DNA of 60,374 bases, filler included, from Blastocystis sp. subtype 4 (GCF_000743755.1; 3 parts of 3 records of this genome joined end to end with filler, not necessarily neighbours in it); one strand, 5' to 3'; positions 12,336 to 25,853 are shown, counted from the first letter of the whole stretch. Numbers and translations: made by a program. Notes: generated from the letters alone by a model not told the origin.

Positions 12336-15300
12336 ATGAAACAAATCTCGATTCTCTTTATTCTGTTGATTCTTGGCTGTGTGGTATCTGTTGATGAAAA
12401 CAAGTTCAAGAAATGTAATCAGGCCGGATTTTGTGCAAGACATCGGTCAAAGCCAACCAAGTTGCAAGTACAGTAAGGTGTGAAGTGTGATTTCTAGTAC
12501 ACTATTGATCCTTCGTCTGTAAAAGTGGAGGAGAACCATCTTTCAGCGTTATTGCTTCCTTCCGTACACCAAACAACGGATCTAGAAATGATCATTCGTA
12601 TTCTTCCCAATGATCTCATTCGTGTTCACATTGCTGAGGTAAATCCCCTTAATGGACGCCAGAGATTCGAGGCAACTGATGTTTTGATTCCAGGTTGGTA
12701 TATTTGTTGTTTGTGAGTTATAGAGTTCATCAAAGAGCAACCACTTGTTGTTGTATCGCAAGATGAATCAAAAGTGGTTGTTGAATCCTCCAATAAGAAG
12801 TCCCGTCTGGAGATTACCTTTGCTCCTCTCCATATTGCTTATTATGTGAATGGTGTATTGAAGATCACCATCAATGATAAGAATCTCTTTTACTTCGAAG
12901 TGACTCGTACTAAAGCAGATTCAACCATCTCCAACGAAACTGCTGAGAAGAAGGATGAAGTGAAGGAGAAGAAGATTGTAGATTATACAGAGGCTGGCCA
13001 TGCTATTTATGAGGATGGTTCGATTGAGGGTGAGACTGTGGAGATGGAGAGTGAAGTGACACCTGAAGGAGAAGTGGCTCAATCACCCGATTCACAATCC
13101 ACTGAGACTCCTGTGGAAGAGTCGGTAGATAACGACAAGGAAGATGAAACAGGATATTGGGAGGAATATTTTGGAGGTAAGACAGACAGCAAGCCATATG
13201 GTCCTCAGTCAGTAGGAGCTGATATCACGTTCCATAATGTCCTTGGTCTCTATGGTATTCCTCAACATAGCTCTTCATTCAAACTTCAAACGACTGTTGG
13301 AGGACCTTATACAGATCCTTATCGTCTCTTTAATCTTGATGTCTTTGAATTTGCTACAAACAAGCCATCTGCTTTGTAATCATCATGACATGCATTCATT
13401 CTAGATATGGAAGTGTCCCTCTCATGATTGGTACTGCTCCTCAGGAGTCTGTAGGTCTTTTGTGGTTGAACCCAACTGATACATTCATTGACATCTATCA
13501 ACCTGAGCAGTCAGTGCAAGCAACACAGTGGATGTTTGAGGCTGGAGTGATTGACCTTTTCTTCCTTCCGGGACCTTCTCAAGCATCTCTTCTGGACCAG
13601 TACACACAACTCACATCTCGTCCTTCAATGCCTCCATTCTTCTCACTCGGGTATCATCAATCTCGATGGAATTATTTGGATGAGAAGGATGTGGAAGATA
13701 TTGCCAATCAATTTGAAGAACGAAACTTTCCATTTGATGTGATATGGCTGGATATCGAGCACACCATCAGTAAGAAATACTTCACTTGGGATCCCAACAA
13801 TTTCAAGAACAGTAAGGAGATGGTGGAGAAGCTAACAGCTCATGGTCATAAATTGGTAACAATCGTGGATCCGCATGTGAAGAAAGAAACGGGATACAGA
13901 ATCTATGATGAGTTACTAAAACTGGGTTATTTTGTAAAAAACAAAGACGGGAATGTATTTGAAGGGTGGTGTTGGCCAGGAACGAGTAGTTATCCTGACT
14001 TCACCAATCCAGAAGTACGTTCCTGGTGGGCCGATCAATTTGCATATGATAAGTATGAAGGAACGACACCTGATGTGTATACCTGGAATGATATGAATGA
14101 GGTAAGTGAATAGAGAGAGGATTTATTGTAGCCTTCTGTATTTGATGGTCCAGAGGTAACAATGCTTCGAGATTGTGTAAATGGGAAGGGGCAAGAACAC
14201 CGTGAATGGCATAATATGTAATTGAGAGGAGAGAGAGTGATGATTAGCTATGGTTTCTATTATCACAGTACTTGTGTGGAAGGTCAACGACGTCGTGAAC
14301 CAACACGTCGTCCTTTCGTTCTTACTCGTTCGTTCTTTGTAGGATCTCAGAGAAATGGACCCATGTGGACTGGTGACATCTTTTCCAACTGGGATCATCT
14401 GGCCGCCACTTTACCAATGTTACTCTCTCTGGGTGAAGCAGGTATTTCATTCACAGGATCTGATGTTCCTGGATTCTTCAAAGACCCAACAGAAGAACTT
14501 GCAGTTCGATGGTATCAGTTTGGTGCTTGGATGCCTCTACTTCGGGCTCATGCTCATATTGATACCAAACGTCGTGAACCCTGGACATTTTCTACTGATG
14601 GCTATAATCGCATGCGTACAGCTGTTGTGGAGAGGTATATGAATCTGCCCTATATTTACACTGCATTCTGGCAGACTCATAAGACGGGTGAACCTCTGGT
14701 TCGTTCTCTGATGTTTATGTTCCCAGAGGATGTCAACACTTATTCAATTGATACTGCATTTATGTTCGGTGATGCTATGCTTATTATACCTGTAGTCACT
14801 GAAGGAGCAACCTCTGTTAGGTAGGATTGAATCATGAATTGAACGTAGTGCTTACATACCTCAAGGTGAATGGTATGATGTTCATACTGCTTCGATCATT
14901 CAGGGAGGCTCTGAACAAACTTTATCTGCTCCAATGGATTACATTCCTGTTCTTCAACGTGCAGGTACGATTGTTCCTTTACAGATGCGTCTACGTCGAT
15001 CAGCAAGCCAGATGAAGCATGATCCATTCACGCTGCGTGTGATTGGAGATGCAAATGATTCGGCTATTGGTCATGTGTATCATGATGAGCGAGATGGATA
15101 TGGGTATGAAGAGAATCAGTATGCGTACATGGAATATGTGTTAAAGAATGGCGTATTGACAAGCAAGCGCACTGAAGAAGGAGTGTATGATTGTCCGAAT
15201 CAGATTGAAAGAATCATTATGAAACTTCAAACTATCCCTAAATCCGTTTCAATTGAGGTTGGAGGTGTAACAAGAGCTGCTGAGTTCATTGTTGATAAGG

Positions 15301-15371
15301 ATCATATGGAGATCACTATTCGCAAACCAAATGTGCGGGTAACTGAAGAGTGGACAATTAGAATGCATTAG
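12336..15371 (+). CDS. GANAB: ER glucosidase II alpha subunit (GH31)
   Basis: Signal peptide + VDENKFKKCNQAGFCARHR; PYRLFNLDVFE, GYHQSRWNY, DVIWLDIEH, catalytic WNDMNE|PSVF, WTGD, RAHAHIDTKRREPW. Confidence 0.96.
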
Positions 15372-15387
15372 GGAGATATTCTTGCGT

Positions 15388-15395
15388 TGTTTGTT
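15388..15395 (+). terminator. TGTTTGTT 3'-end motif after GANAB
   Basis: Exact TGTTTGTT starting 17 nt after the TAG. Confidence 0.7.
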
Positions 15396-15455
15396 GACCT
15401 TCAACTGAAGTGTATCCGAAAGGGATAGGTTTTTAATATAGCATCTGATAATAAT

Positions 15456-16658
15456 ATGGATACTTGTGAAAAGACAAAAAGTGTAATCTTGGGAATCGAT
15501 TACTCCGAAGCAACAGATCACGAGCTTCGTGAGACAATTTCATCTCTATTCTATATATCTTATCGATATGGTTACTTTCCTATTGAAGACACCTTCTTTC
15601 GTTTTGATGTGGGATGGGGATGTACTCTACGAAGTACTCAAATGCTTCTAGCTGAAGTAAGCAAACTATGGAAGTGATAATATCAGGGAATCCGATCATT
15701 TCTATTTGGGAGGATACCCTGGATACCTCCAAAAGAAGAACATGACATAGCTGATCGTGAAATTTACGATAACGTAAGCATCTTGATCAAATTTCATCCA
15801 GATTCCCAAACTCTTCTTGGATTGTTACAGTGATGACTGCCCTTTCTCTATTCATAACTTTTGCAGAGTGATCCATTGGGTGTCATAATGATATAGGTTG
15901 CATATCCATTCAAAAAAGGACCAGGCGATTGGTTTGGTCCCTCCGAATGCTGTCACATGATGGCCCAGTTGGCTACAGAGACACCCATTGTTCATGAATC
16001 TAGAGAACTAAAAGTTCTGTGCTTTGAAAATGGAATCATCCAACTTGATGACATACTAAACTCCCTAGAAACTGAAGCCAATCTATATTCCGATGAAAAT
16101 GAATGGATCGAAAATTCAATTCTCATGTTGTTGCCTCTCAGACTTGGAATTGAGGAAATCTCTGAAGATACCTGGAAAAGTAGAAGAATATTATGCCTAA
16201 CATATAGATTTGGTGATTGCACTCAATTTCCAGCAATCTGTGGGTGTTATCACTGGATATCCAAATCACAGTCTATACGGAATTGGAGTTAAAGATCAAA
16301 AAGCGCTCCTCTGTTTTGATCCACATCGTATCCAGTACATGGATTACATATCAACGAACCGAAAAGAACAACTCAATTTAGCAGTCCAAGTAATTGATAA
16401 TTAATATTTCTAAATAAGAAATACACAGATTCATTTCATACACAGACTGTGTACGAGGTTGAATATCATTCTCTTGATACATCTTGTGCCTTAGGTTACT
16501 TTATTCGTAACCGACAGGATTTCCAGGACTTTTGGTCTGAGCTTATTGTTGTTCGTACAGGAAAACAGAATAATGCATAGAAAGTGGAAAAGGGGTTCAC
16601 TCTTTTTGATGTGTTTGAATCAAATACAACTAGTAATGATTCTATCATTAGTTTTTGA
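15456..16658 (+). CDS. ATG4: Autophagy cysteine protease Atg4
   Basis: YISYRYGY, DVGWGCTLRSTQMLLAE (catalytic Cys), PFSIHN, GDWFGPS, LPLRLG, SVGVITG.P, CFDPH (Asp/His), LDTSCALGY. Confidence 0.93.
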
Positions 16659-16783
16659 ATGGATTTGTTCAAAGAAATAAGAATCATGGTATTTGAGGAC
16701 ATTTCCGCTATGCTTTGGTTCCACTCGTCTTCTCATCCAAAACAGTTTTCACAGATTACTCACCAAATCAATCGAGTTCAACG

Positions 16784-19722
16784 ATGTCTAAGTACCAATT
16801 TATCTAGAAAGGGATTATTGTTATAGTCCATATCAAAGTGTGGATATTCGTGATGAACTGGTGTTTCTTGGAGACATGACAACCGAATCTTTGCAAGAAT
16901 CAATCAGATCGTGTTCAAATGAGATCATTGGAGATGTTTACATTTATTTGGAATGATCTGACAACTAGATCGTGTTTTTGGTAGATATTGCACGATATAA
17001 GGAAAATACTCTTCCTTTGAACATATTTGATTCGAGTAAAAAGGTTAGTCTTGATTTCCTTTGCATCACAGCAGATACAGTTTCTTATGCAGATCCTGGA
17101 GTTATTCGTGTCTATGATGTTGGATCTTGTTCAATCAATCATCAATAGATTACAAGTAAGTGCAATCCAACTCACACTGGATTAGCCTTCTCTCTCAAGA
17201 AGTGGTGTATGCTAGGAGATGTGAAGTATTTGAGGCAGATTTCAGATGTTCATTCGATGACGTCCATCAATGATGAGCATTGTGCTCATTTGGAGATTCA
17301 ACTAGGTGATAAGAAGATTGAATTTTGTACAAAGACACAGAAGATCAATGTTAGGTTGTGATTTCTTTCTCATTCGCAGACTGGTGTAATCTTTATTCTT
17401 TCAAAGCTCTTCGATCTGTATTTGAAGAAATCACTTCCATTAAAGAATATTGATATTGCTGAAATCAGAGAGCAAGGTACTCTTGATAATGCTGATTCTC
17501 TTTGTATTCTCTTTGGGGTTCCAACAACTCGTTCTCGAGCTGTATTTGAATGAAGATGGATGTTATGTAGTTTTCAGGGTTATCCACAGGAGATGGATCC
17601 AAATACGATGAAGAACAGGAGAAGAAGGATCAGATGCTTCGAGCAACTGTAGCATCCATTCAAGAGAAGAATCCGGATTGTACACTCGAATATGTGGAAC
17701 AGGAGATAGTGAAAGAGATTGATGTGAGAAAGAGAGAATGGAATGAAGACTAGAAATCAGAGAACATGATTCTAGAACATCTATTGGAGATGGAAGTGAA
17801 TCAGAGTACTGAAGTGTCACATCTCATTGATACCATCTCGAATGTGTGTGTTGATAAGGGTGTTTGATGAATAGGTGAATAGAGAAGTGACATCTCTGGA
17901 GGAGTGGCTGTATCATCACAATACTCGATTGGGTTTGATGACACACAGTCTACAGACAATATCACAGGAGAATACAAATTTGACACAGCAGAAGCGAAAT
18001 CATGAGGCTCTTCAGACCACCTTGAGTGTAGGTATGTTTGTGAGTGTAGACAGTAGTCGTTGCTGGAAATGATCACACTGGACACAGAGAAGCAAGCAGT
18101 TGTAGCTTCACTAGAAGTGTTTCTTAGCAATGTAAGGATGTGTGTTGATGTAGGAGTGTAGTATACGCAAGAGAGTATCAAGTGGGGTAAGACTGCATAT
18201 GATATGGGTGTGGAGGAGACATTGAAGATGCTTCCATTGAATAATCCGGTTCATGTACTGTTGGACACAGCATATAAACTACGAGATCTGGCTATTGCTC
18301 ATACACAATCATTGAATGTAGGTATGATGAGGAGTTAATAAGGGAAGGGAGTGCCTGTGACCGAGATGAATGCTGTAAAGAGTCAGATAGCTCAAAATGA
18401 AGCGACTGCAAAGCGATTCTTTACTGCTTTAGCAGGCATGATCGAGAAACACGTTGAGAGTGAAGGAGCAAGTGGTCGAATAACAGAGACTTGCCAGCAT
18501 GTACTTCTGATAGCCCCATTATTGAAGATACTTCAAGATTACGTAGAGACGAACAGAGAGAATGACTTATAGGATCTGACACTCTTCACTCAAGTACGTA
18601 CCAAGATCATTAATGAGATGTCCCGTGAATTCATATCCTTTCCCGTAACTGTAGTTCTGTTCTTAACATCTACGCTACTCAACTTCAAGAACAACTTCAG
18701 AATATCCGTTCTCGAATCGTATTGATGGATTCTCTCTCTGAATAGTAGGTGAAATTGGCTCCAACTGATTCTGGCAAGTTTGATTCACTTCCACTCTGTA
18801 ATCTGGCGGATGCTTCAGAGGAGATGCGAGCAACCCGAGATATGTGGCAGAAGACAACAGATGAGACCAGTTCTTACAATGTAGCTGTTGCTGTAGAGAA
18901 GCTCTTAGAGTTTTTGCTTCCTATCAGTGAGAGTATCGAGTTACTATGTCTGGAATTCTTCGGAACAGGAGACTACAAGAGTATGTGAGAGTGTGAGTAT
19001 GAAGAGTAGCAACATTGGAGAGTCGAACAACAGACACAGTACAACAGCAGATCATGGTTGGTGTATCCGAGGCGTTGAAGAAGCTTATGGATAATGAGAA
19101 TCGATCCTCATTCAATCTGATCACAGAGATGCAGTTGCTGGAGAGTTGTCAGAAGGAGACACGTCTCCTTATTCGCAAACGTTTCCTCTTCAATTTACTT
19201 GAGTTGGCTCGACAGGAGTGTATGATAGGATGGAAGAAGTACACAGGTGAAGTGTTGGGTTCCATTCAGACATACAATGTGGAGTCACGTTATTGTGGCA
19301 TTCTAAGACCAGTGCGTGTGTTGCCTGGATTCATTGATCGATTGGTTCAGGCTCGTGCTGCCTGTGAAGTGTGTACCAAACGATTGATAACAGCATTGCA
19401 TCATGATGGACCTGTGAAGAATAAACTTCGTATCCTGCATGAAGAACTGAATGCTTCTATTCCAACAGATTCCAAGCCAATAGCCAAATCGCAAGATCTG
19501 GAAGAAGGTGGACTAGGTGTATTGTTCTTAGTGACAAAGAAACTCCAAGCGAAATTGGAGGAGATCGCAGAACGAGAACCAAAATATCGTGAGTTGATTC
19601 GGATGGAGAATTTCAATTTCCTGAGTATGTCTCTGAAGAGTCGTCGTATGCCTCTGTTGGATACATTCGAGAAGGAATGTGAGAGTCAGTATATGAAAGT
19701 GAGTATGAGAATGAGAATGTGA
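16784..19722 (+). CDS. EXOC1: Exocyst subunit Sec3/EXOC1, 3' end lost in the assembly gap
   Basis: N-terminal PH-like region, coiled coil LEEWLYHHNTRLGLMTHSLQTISQENTNL..NHEAL, GILRPV..FIDRL, KYRELIRMENFNFL. Contains an AT-AC intron at 18633-18673. Confidence 0.8.
18633..18673 (+). other. U12-type AT-AC intron (41 nt) in EXOC1
   Basis: ATATCCTTT donor, TTCTTAAC branch site, ATCTAC end. Phase-0 removal joins MSREF|ATQLQEQ and keeps the frame into the next GT-AG intron (18719-18748). Confidence 0.88.
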
Positions 19723-19822
19723 NNNNNNNNNNNNNNNNNNNNNNNNNNNNNNNNNNNNNNNNNNNNTTAATTAATTAANNNNNNNNNNNNNNNNNNNNNN
19801 NNNNNNNNNNNNNNNNNNNNNN
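19723..19822. other. Artificial assembly gap spacer
   Basis: N44-TTAATTAATTAA-N44, a linker with stops in all six frames. Both flanking genes are truncated. Confidence 0.97.
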
Positions 19823-20274
19823 AAGCAATGCATCTGATATGAAATGAAACAATCAAAACTACCTCTCTTCTCCACTAGGATAACGTCGCAGACAATGTTC
19901 ACCTCTCATTCGAGGAGAGATCGTTGCCTTTTCGTGAGGGAAGTTGACGGTGAGCTTTTCTCGGCACATGGAGACAACAGACACCCAGAGACCACGGAAC
20001 AGATCTGTAAGGAAGAGATATTGGCAGGAACGCTCGAGAACTAAGGATTAATACAAACAATGAACAAATACTCTTGCTCCATGGAGTATTGGGATCAATC
20101 TTCCTTCCATCCAATCTAGCAGCTATACATTATTCCAAAACACTCTGGAACATACCCGTAGGGGCAAAAGCTGAGAAGCAACGAACAGTATTGACATTCG
20201 CCAGCTTTGCGGATTTTGATACCAATCTAAGAGAATGAGCCCACCATCGTTTCACAAAGCTCCTACGACAACAT
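19823..20274 (-). CDS. NDUFS8: Complex I Fe-S subunit TYKY/NDUFS8, 5' part (3' end lost in gap)
   Basis: Spliced: MLSLVSKSAKLANVNTVRCFS...FLTDLFRGL...TVNFPHEKATISPRMRGEHCLRRYPSGEER|CIA. Not visible in the ORF track because of four introns. Confidence 0.93.
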
Positions 20275-20389
20275 CTCACAGAAACGATAGAGTATCTACG
20301 AAAGGAGAACTTAAGCGGAGTTCGCGGGAATCACTATCTGATTGCAGAAGAGGAGATTCTCAACAAACAATCTCAATTAAAGGAATGAA

Positions 20390-21883
20390 TCATGATCGTG
20401 GTGTTCCCAAAACCATTGTATGCTTCCACCCAAAAGAAATGTCCTCCACTTTAATATCCTCCACCAGTTTCATTTTGGTTGGTTCAGAAAGCCAGTTCCA
20501 TCTAGTTGTAAAGATCTAGATGTTTTCCTACTTGTATACATATCCATCATCTGTAATCCCATAACAGTCAATAAAGGAGCAACGCAACTTCTTAAATACA
20601 ATTCCTTCTACAGACTTCATATTCACCTTTACAGGAGTGCGATGCATCCGTTCTTGTTCATCACGCCCTTTTTCATCAAAGGTTCGATAAGTTTCAGCAT
20701 CTTCTAATCCAAGTAGATAAATCTGACCAGATGTGTCTGTATATGTCATATGGAACTGACCACTTGCAAAAAGGTTAATTTTGTGATCAAGCTCTATTTT
20801 AATTGGACAAGTCTACAATAAGAGAGATATCTCGACCACGTACAGTATTGCCATACATCTTCGCGTTCTTTTTATTCTGACCAGTTCCCCAGTATTTACC
20901 AGTGATATAGAGATCTCCTTCATTTGAAATTAGCTACAATTCAGAATCCATCTAAGTCCTAACAATGCTAGAATTGAAACCAGCATAAATATCGCGATAA
21001 TGAACGGAAGCGTCTGTATCCATCTATGAATGACTATGTAAGAACAGAAAAACCATCAGCGGCTTGAAGGACAAATCAACATCACCTCTTCCCAGTTGAC
21101 CATGATTCGCTTTACCCCAAGCATAGGCACGACCGCTCTCACACAAACAGCAAGCGTGCTGGAAGCCACAAACTACTTTCGTTGGAACTTCATCTTCATC
21201 AAGCATAATCTGGAGTGGTTTGTAGATATTTACTTCCTTCACATCAGCTCCACATTGCCCATAGCGGTTGTACCCATAAGCATACAAGTGATCTACCAAT
21301 CAACCTCCGGAATGAAGAAAACGAGTATCTGTCAAACAAATGCTCAGTGCCATCGAAGCCGCAACATCAACACATTTTCCTTCATCTAAGGGCAAAATCG
21401 AGGGGAAACGCGTATCAATGACTGTATTCTTGAATAAACTGTCAATCAAGAAACGAAACAACTTCTCACTTGTTAAAGGAACGAAGGACACGAGGAAGAT
21501 AGGAAGTCATATTGCCTGCTCCAATGATGTTCCGAACGTCCTGAGTACGACCAAAAATGATCCAATTTCCGTCTTTATCCGCCAAACAATTATGTGCCCT
21601 TTGATTACCTCACAATACAGACACTTACCAACCACAGGCAATCTTTTCGATTCCACGTCCTTCCAGTGACTCTACTACCTATGTATAATAGCAAATACAA
21701 AAAACAACGGTTGGATACTCTCGATCTTCATAATCGTTGTGCCCTAATGCTCCAATTGTTCCACTTCCATATGTATACACTATATTATCAAGAAAATAAT
21801 CTATAAATACCGGAATAACAGCGCTGACTCAGAACTGAAGAGAACAGGGGTTTAGTTACTATAGAACGACATATCCCGATCAT
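20390..21883 (-). CDS. RCC1-repeat protein with mitochondrial-type presequence (RCC1L-like)
   Basis: MIGICRSIVTKPLFSSVLSQRCYS|VYTYGSGTIGALG; KIACGW|AH, YGYNRYGQCG, VVCGFQH, WGKANHGQLGRG, ISFGWKHTMV. Confidence 0.85.
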
Positions 21884-21946
21884 CTTCCTCAAATAGATTC
21901 AAAAAGAAGAAAAAGTGTACAGATTTGTTCAAACAAAAACAGGTCT

Positions 21947-22945
21947 TCACCAATAATAGCAACAGTGTTCACATGATACAATCTTCCAGGACCCATTAAT
22001 CAATTGTAGACGAAGTTTTCCATAGAGGCCGCGCCTACACATCAATGACTTTGGTTGAACAAACCCATTTCCTCCTGGATTCACAACACAGCAATTCTTT
22101 CCATATCGGTGAATCCAATTCATCCCAGGTTCGGGATGGGTATGACCGTGAATCACCAAGAAAAGATCATACTACAGTTCATGAGTGTACAAATACCTAC
22201 GTCCTGCATCAGTGAAGTAATCTGATCGTACATAGATTGACTACCAAGAGAAAACACCATTCCTGCACGCCCATCTTGATCTATTGTACAAGATCCTACA
22301 TGGGCAGGAGGAGAGTGCGTCATTAGAATCACTTGATCATGTTTGGGAATCAGAGAGATTAACTCGGTAATCTCTTGTTTCATATCTTCAAACTTAAAGG
22401 GAAATCCAGGCCCAAATAGACTCCCATCTTCTGTTAATTTGGGAGTACTACCTCCAAACCCAGCCAACCATAAATGGTCAGCAAGCTTAACACAATGATT
22501 GTGAAGATTTGTTGATAATTCTGTGATCTTCGCTAATACTGATGGAACAGAGCAGGAATAGGTTTCAATGGGATCATGATTTCCTGGAATATAGATGTGG
22601 GGAATCTCGAAAGACTCCAAAGCTACATGAGATGATTTACAACAATGGTTACAAGACAGAACATGATGAAATAGCCAAATCTGGTACTTAAGATCATCAG
22701 ACTTTTGACCATAGAAATGATCCACAAACGTGAGATCACCACAATTCAGTATATAATCGAAAGCTATGAATAATTGCAACAAAAGAGATGAACATGTAGT
22801 TCCTAAGATCTCCTCTTTTCGTTTTATAAGACGCTTTAAAGTTTCTTTCCGATGAATGTCACTTGAAATTCATCGAAATATGGTGAACGTACCTTATTAA
22901 CAACAAATTGATAGTGGAATGATTCGGTTCCTGACTACATTCCAT
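21947..22945 (-). CDS. Calcineurin-like metallophosphoesterase
   Basis: All five motifs present: SDIH, CGDL, PGNHD, THSPP, HGHTH, plus VNPG. Confidence 0.88.
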
Positions 22946-23063
22946 TGATATGATTAATAATGAAAAATAATATCAAATTCGTATTCAGTCTAGCAAAAAC
23001 TACAGTACAATAATCATACCCCCTAATTCTTGGGATACCAATAGTTAGTTAAACCAACAGAAA

Positions 23064-24420
23064 TCAAAGAAAAGAATCATCTGTTCGCAGACTCAAAGGT
23101 GTCTGGCAATAGGGACAAAACCCATAAAGTGTGTTGAAGGATTGCTTTGTAGTGGGATTGGACTGGAGCATCTCTCGAAGACATGAGTAATGAAAGACTC
23201 TCCCGCAGTTGTATTAAGGAAGAGAATAATACAAATTCAAGGATATCTTCGGATTGCTGCAACATTTGTCTGGAAGTACCGTGTGATTGTGATCAATCAA
23301 CTGATATCTATTCATTATAGCAGTCGAATAACCCTACGTGTAGCAAATGGCACATTCAATCTCATATTGACTCACACTTGTTTCTGATGGCTCTTTGAAC
23401 TTCATTTCTAATAGATTCTCAAGGTTTTCTCGCGGAAAACGATGAGTATCCCTAATCTCAACAAAAATGTCCATAACTACCATGCATTCACATTTTTGCT
23501 AATTCTCTGATTTAATTCCTCTGTTTGGGATGTAGGACCCATTAACTTCCAGTCTCCTATGGACCAGGGTTGATCAACATTCACTGTATAGTATAATGAA
23601 CACTGATTCTCTTTCAGTTTACACAATAACTTACCAAGTACCTAAGAAAATCCGACGATATTTGTGTCCAAATGTGGGTTTACTTGGATCAAGGATCAGA
23701 CAGTGTTTATCTAAATCTTCTAAGACTGTCCAAACGTCATTATATTTCTCCAAAACCTTAACCACAGCATTGTGAATATCACGAAGAGTGTTTGTCTGAT
23801 TCCATTGAAAAATGTAATCTTCAGGAAGCGCAAGATGACAAGCAGGAACTCCCTCTGGATATGTCCCTGGAAACGATATTTCAATGTCATGAGAACGACC
23901 ACTTGGATCAGCAACAGCAATGGTAACATTCTGCAACGAATCCGTTAGATTCTGAACATGCTCCCATCCGTAATCTTCCAAATCTGTCAGTAACGTGTTA
24001 TAGAATGAGAAAGGCAAATTCTACAAGTGATTTAACTATTCTTGAAATACTAACGAATGGACAAGACTATCGGAAGCCTGTAGATCACATCGCTCAATCA
24101 TTGTCAACAGCTCCTGAGCCAATTCATCAACTGAGTGACATTGATTCAATTTCTAATACTTTCACTATCTGTCAACACGCTTACTCGTTGAAGTTCACCT
24201 TGTTGATTCGATAAGAGAGATTGGAGATTCGATGAACACGAAATTGACGCTTCATGAAGTTTTAATGGCTTTATGGAAGTTGTTTCGAACTGAATAAAGT
24301 ATATTTGGTTCTGATCATCACATTACAAAGAAGTACTACATTAACGCGCTCTACAATAGCAAATCTACTCGAATCTGTTTCATCAGGGATGATCACATAA
24401 CTGTTCCGGAGTAATGACAT
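23064..24420 (-). CDS. FANCL: Fanconi anaemia E3 ligase FANCL
   Basis: LEDYGWEHV, ADPSGRSH, VLEDLDKHCLILDP..YRRIFLG; RING ECAICY..PDKCCSNPK|CGRVFHYSCL..KQSFNTLYGFCPYC. The RING is split by an AT-AC intron. Confidence 0.93.
23208..23246 (-). other. U12-type AT-AC intron (39 nt) in the FANCL RING
   Basis: ATATCCTT donor, TTCCTTAAT branch site, ACAAC end. Contains an in-frame TAA. Removal restores CSNPKC (C-x4-C). Confidence 0.9.
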
Positions 24421-24534
24421 CTTTGTGAGAACCGAATGAATCAAGGAATTGTTATTAATTCTCATTTCACTTCATTTTCATTCATTTCGTATCTGTATCC
24501 AGAATGACAACACAATTCTTTTTGATATATCAGC

Positions 24535-25781
24535 ATGGGAAAGCGTGAAGAAGTTTTAGTGAAGTGGGACAAGGATAAGAAATGGGAAGAACTGTAATAT
24601 CTTGATGGGACGGTATGATGTATAGAAAGGAGATTAAGTCAGTTTTTGTTAACCCTGATGATACCATCGATCCTATTCCGGGTGTTCGTTACTTTATGTC
24701 AGAGTGTGGAGGCTCAAAGCAGCCCTTGAAAGAAGAAATCATTGCTATGATCATATCATTCCTTTTAACGGGTATCGTACCTCTACTAATGGCTTTAGCC
24801 GTTATTGGTTGGTATTCGGTCCGAGCAAGAGGTGAACAAGAATCATTTTGTTTATTCGATAGTTGTTTTGTTACTCTCTTTTCTGTCGCTCTTAATTCCT
24901 TGTAAAGTGTATGATACGTCTGTATTGAAATGGAAGATATGGGATACATTGTTCGATTATTTCTCATAGTCAGCATCAATTCAATTCATGATATGTAGTT
25001 CTATTGTCTTTGATGAGCCTATGGATAAGCACACGAAGTATTTATTTGCTGAGTATCCTCATGGAGTGTAATGAAGATTTCCATCATCAACTATTAGAAC
25101 TCCTTTGGGTTGCATTGTCTCGGGATTTGCTTTCCCTCACTTTAGTCCTGAAATCCCTTGTTACATATCCACTCGAATTCCTCTCGTTAGTTCATTAATT
25201 CCACTCTCTGACTACCAAAAGTGCTCTGATCATTCCCTTCTATGGAATGGTATTGAAATGGATTGGATGTATTACAGCCACAAGAGAGAACATTCGTAAG
25301 GCCCTTCAAACTGGATCTTGTGCCGTTGTCGTTGATGGAATCGCGGGAATGTATGTCAATGAGCCCAAGAAAGAAATGGTGAAGTTTTCTGGACGCAAGG
25401 GATTCGTCCGTGCTGCTGTAGATACAGGATCACCCATTCGACCGGTGTATCAATTCGGTACTTCGCAGCTGATGAAATTGGTTCCTAAGTGTCTTGAACC
25501 AGTTGCTAGAAAATTTGCTTGTGCAATGGGTTTGATTGTCGGTCGATGGGGACTGCCTATCCCAAAGAAGGTGATGTTGATGTCTGTGATTGGCCGTACA
25601 ATTGAGGTGAAGAAGATGGATAAGAATGAACCTGGTTATGATGATTATGTGGATGAGATCCAGCAGAAGGTTGCTGATGAGATCCAGAGAGTGTAGGATA
25701 ATGAGACAGTTCGTTACTGATAGATACTACAAGTACAGAGGTGCGTACGGATGGAGTGAGCGTCCTCTTGAAATCTATTAA
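24535..25781 (+). CDS. DGAT2: Diacylglycerol acyltransferase type 2 family protein
   Basis: Two TM segments, AEYPHG, VVVDGIAGM, RKGFVRAA, PIRPVYQFG, GRWGLPIP, VIGRTI. Contains an AT-AC intron at 25165-25204. Confidence 0.88.
25165..25204 (+). other. U12-type AT-AC intron (40 nt) in DGAT2
   Basis: ATATCC donor, TTCATTAAT branch-like site, TCCAC end; joins EIPCY|SLTTKSALIIPFYG. The GT-AG alternative (25160-25190) leaves an in-frame TAA. Confidence 0.8.
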
Positions 25782-25853
25782 GATTGTATTCGTTTGTGTT
25801 TCTTTAAACAATTTCAGTGATACAACGTTACCATACTCCATCTTCTCATTACC

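Noticed and set aside
19723..19822. TTAATTAATTAA palindrome inside N runs (also 38221-38320) as a target-site or recombination signal
   Set aside because: Identical 100-nt construct twice with stops in all six frames: an assembly linker. Gene adjacency across it is not reliable.
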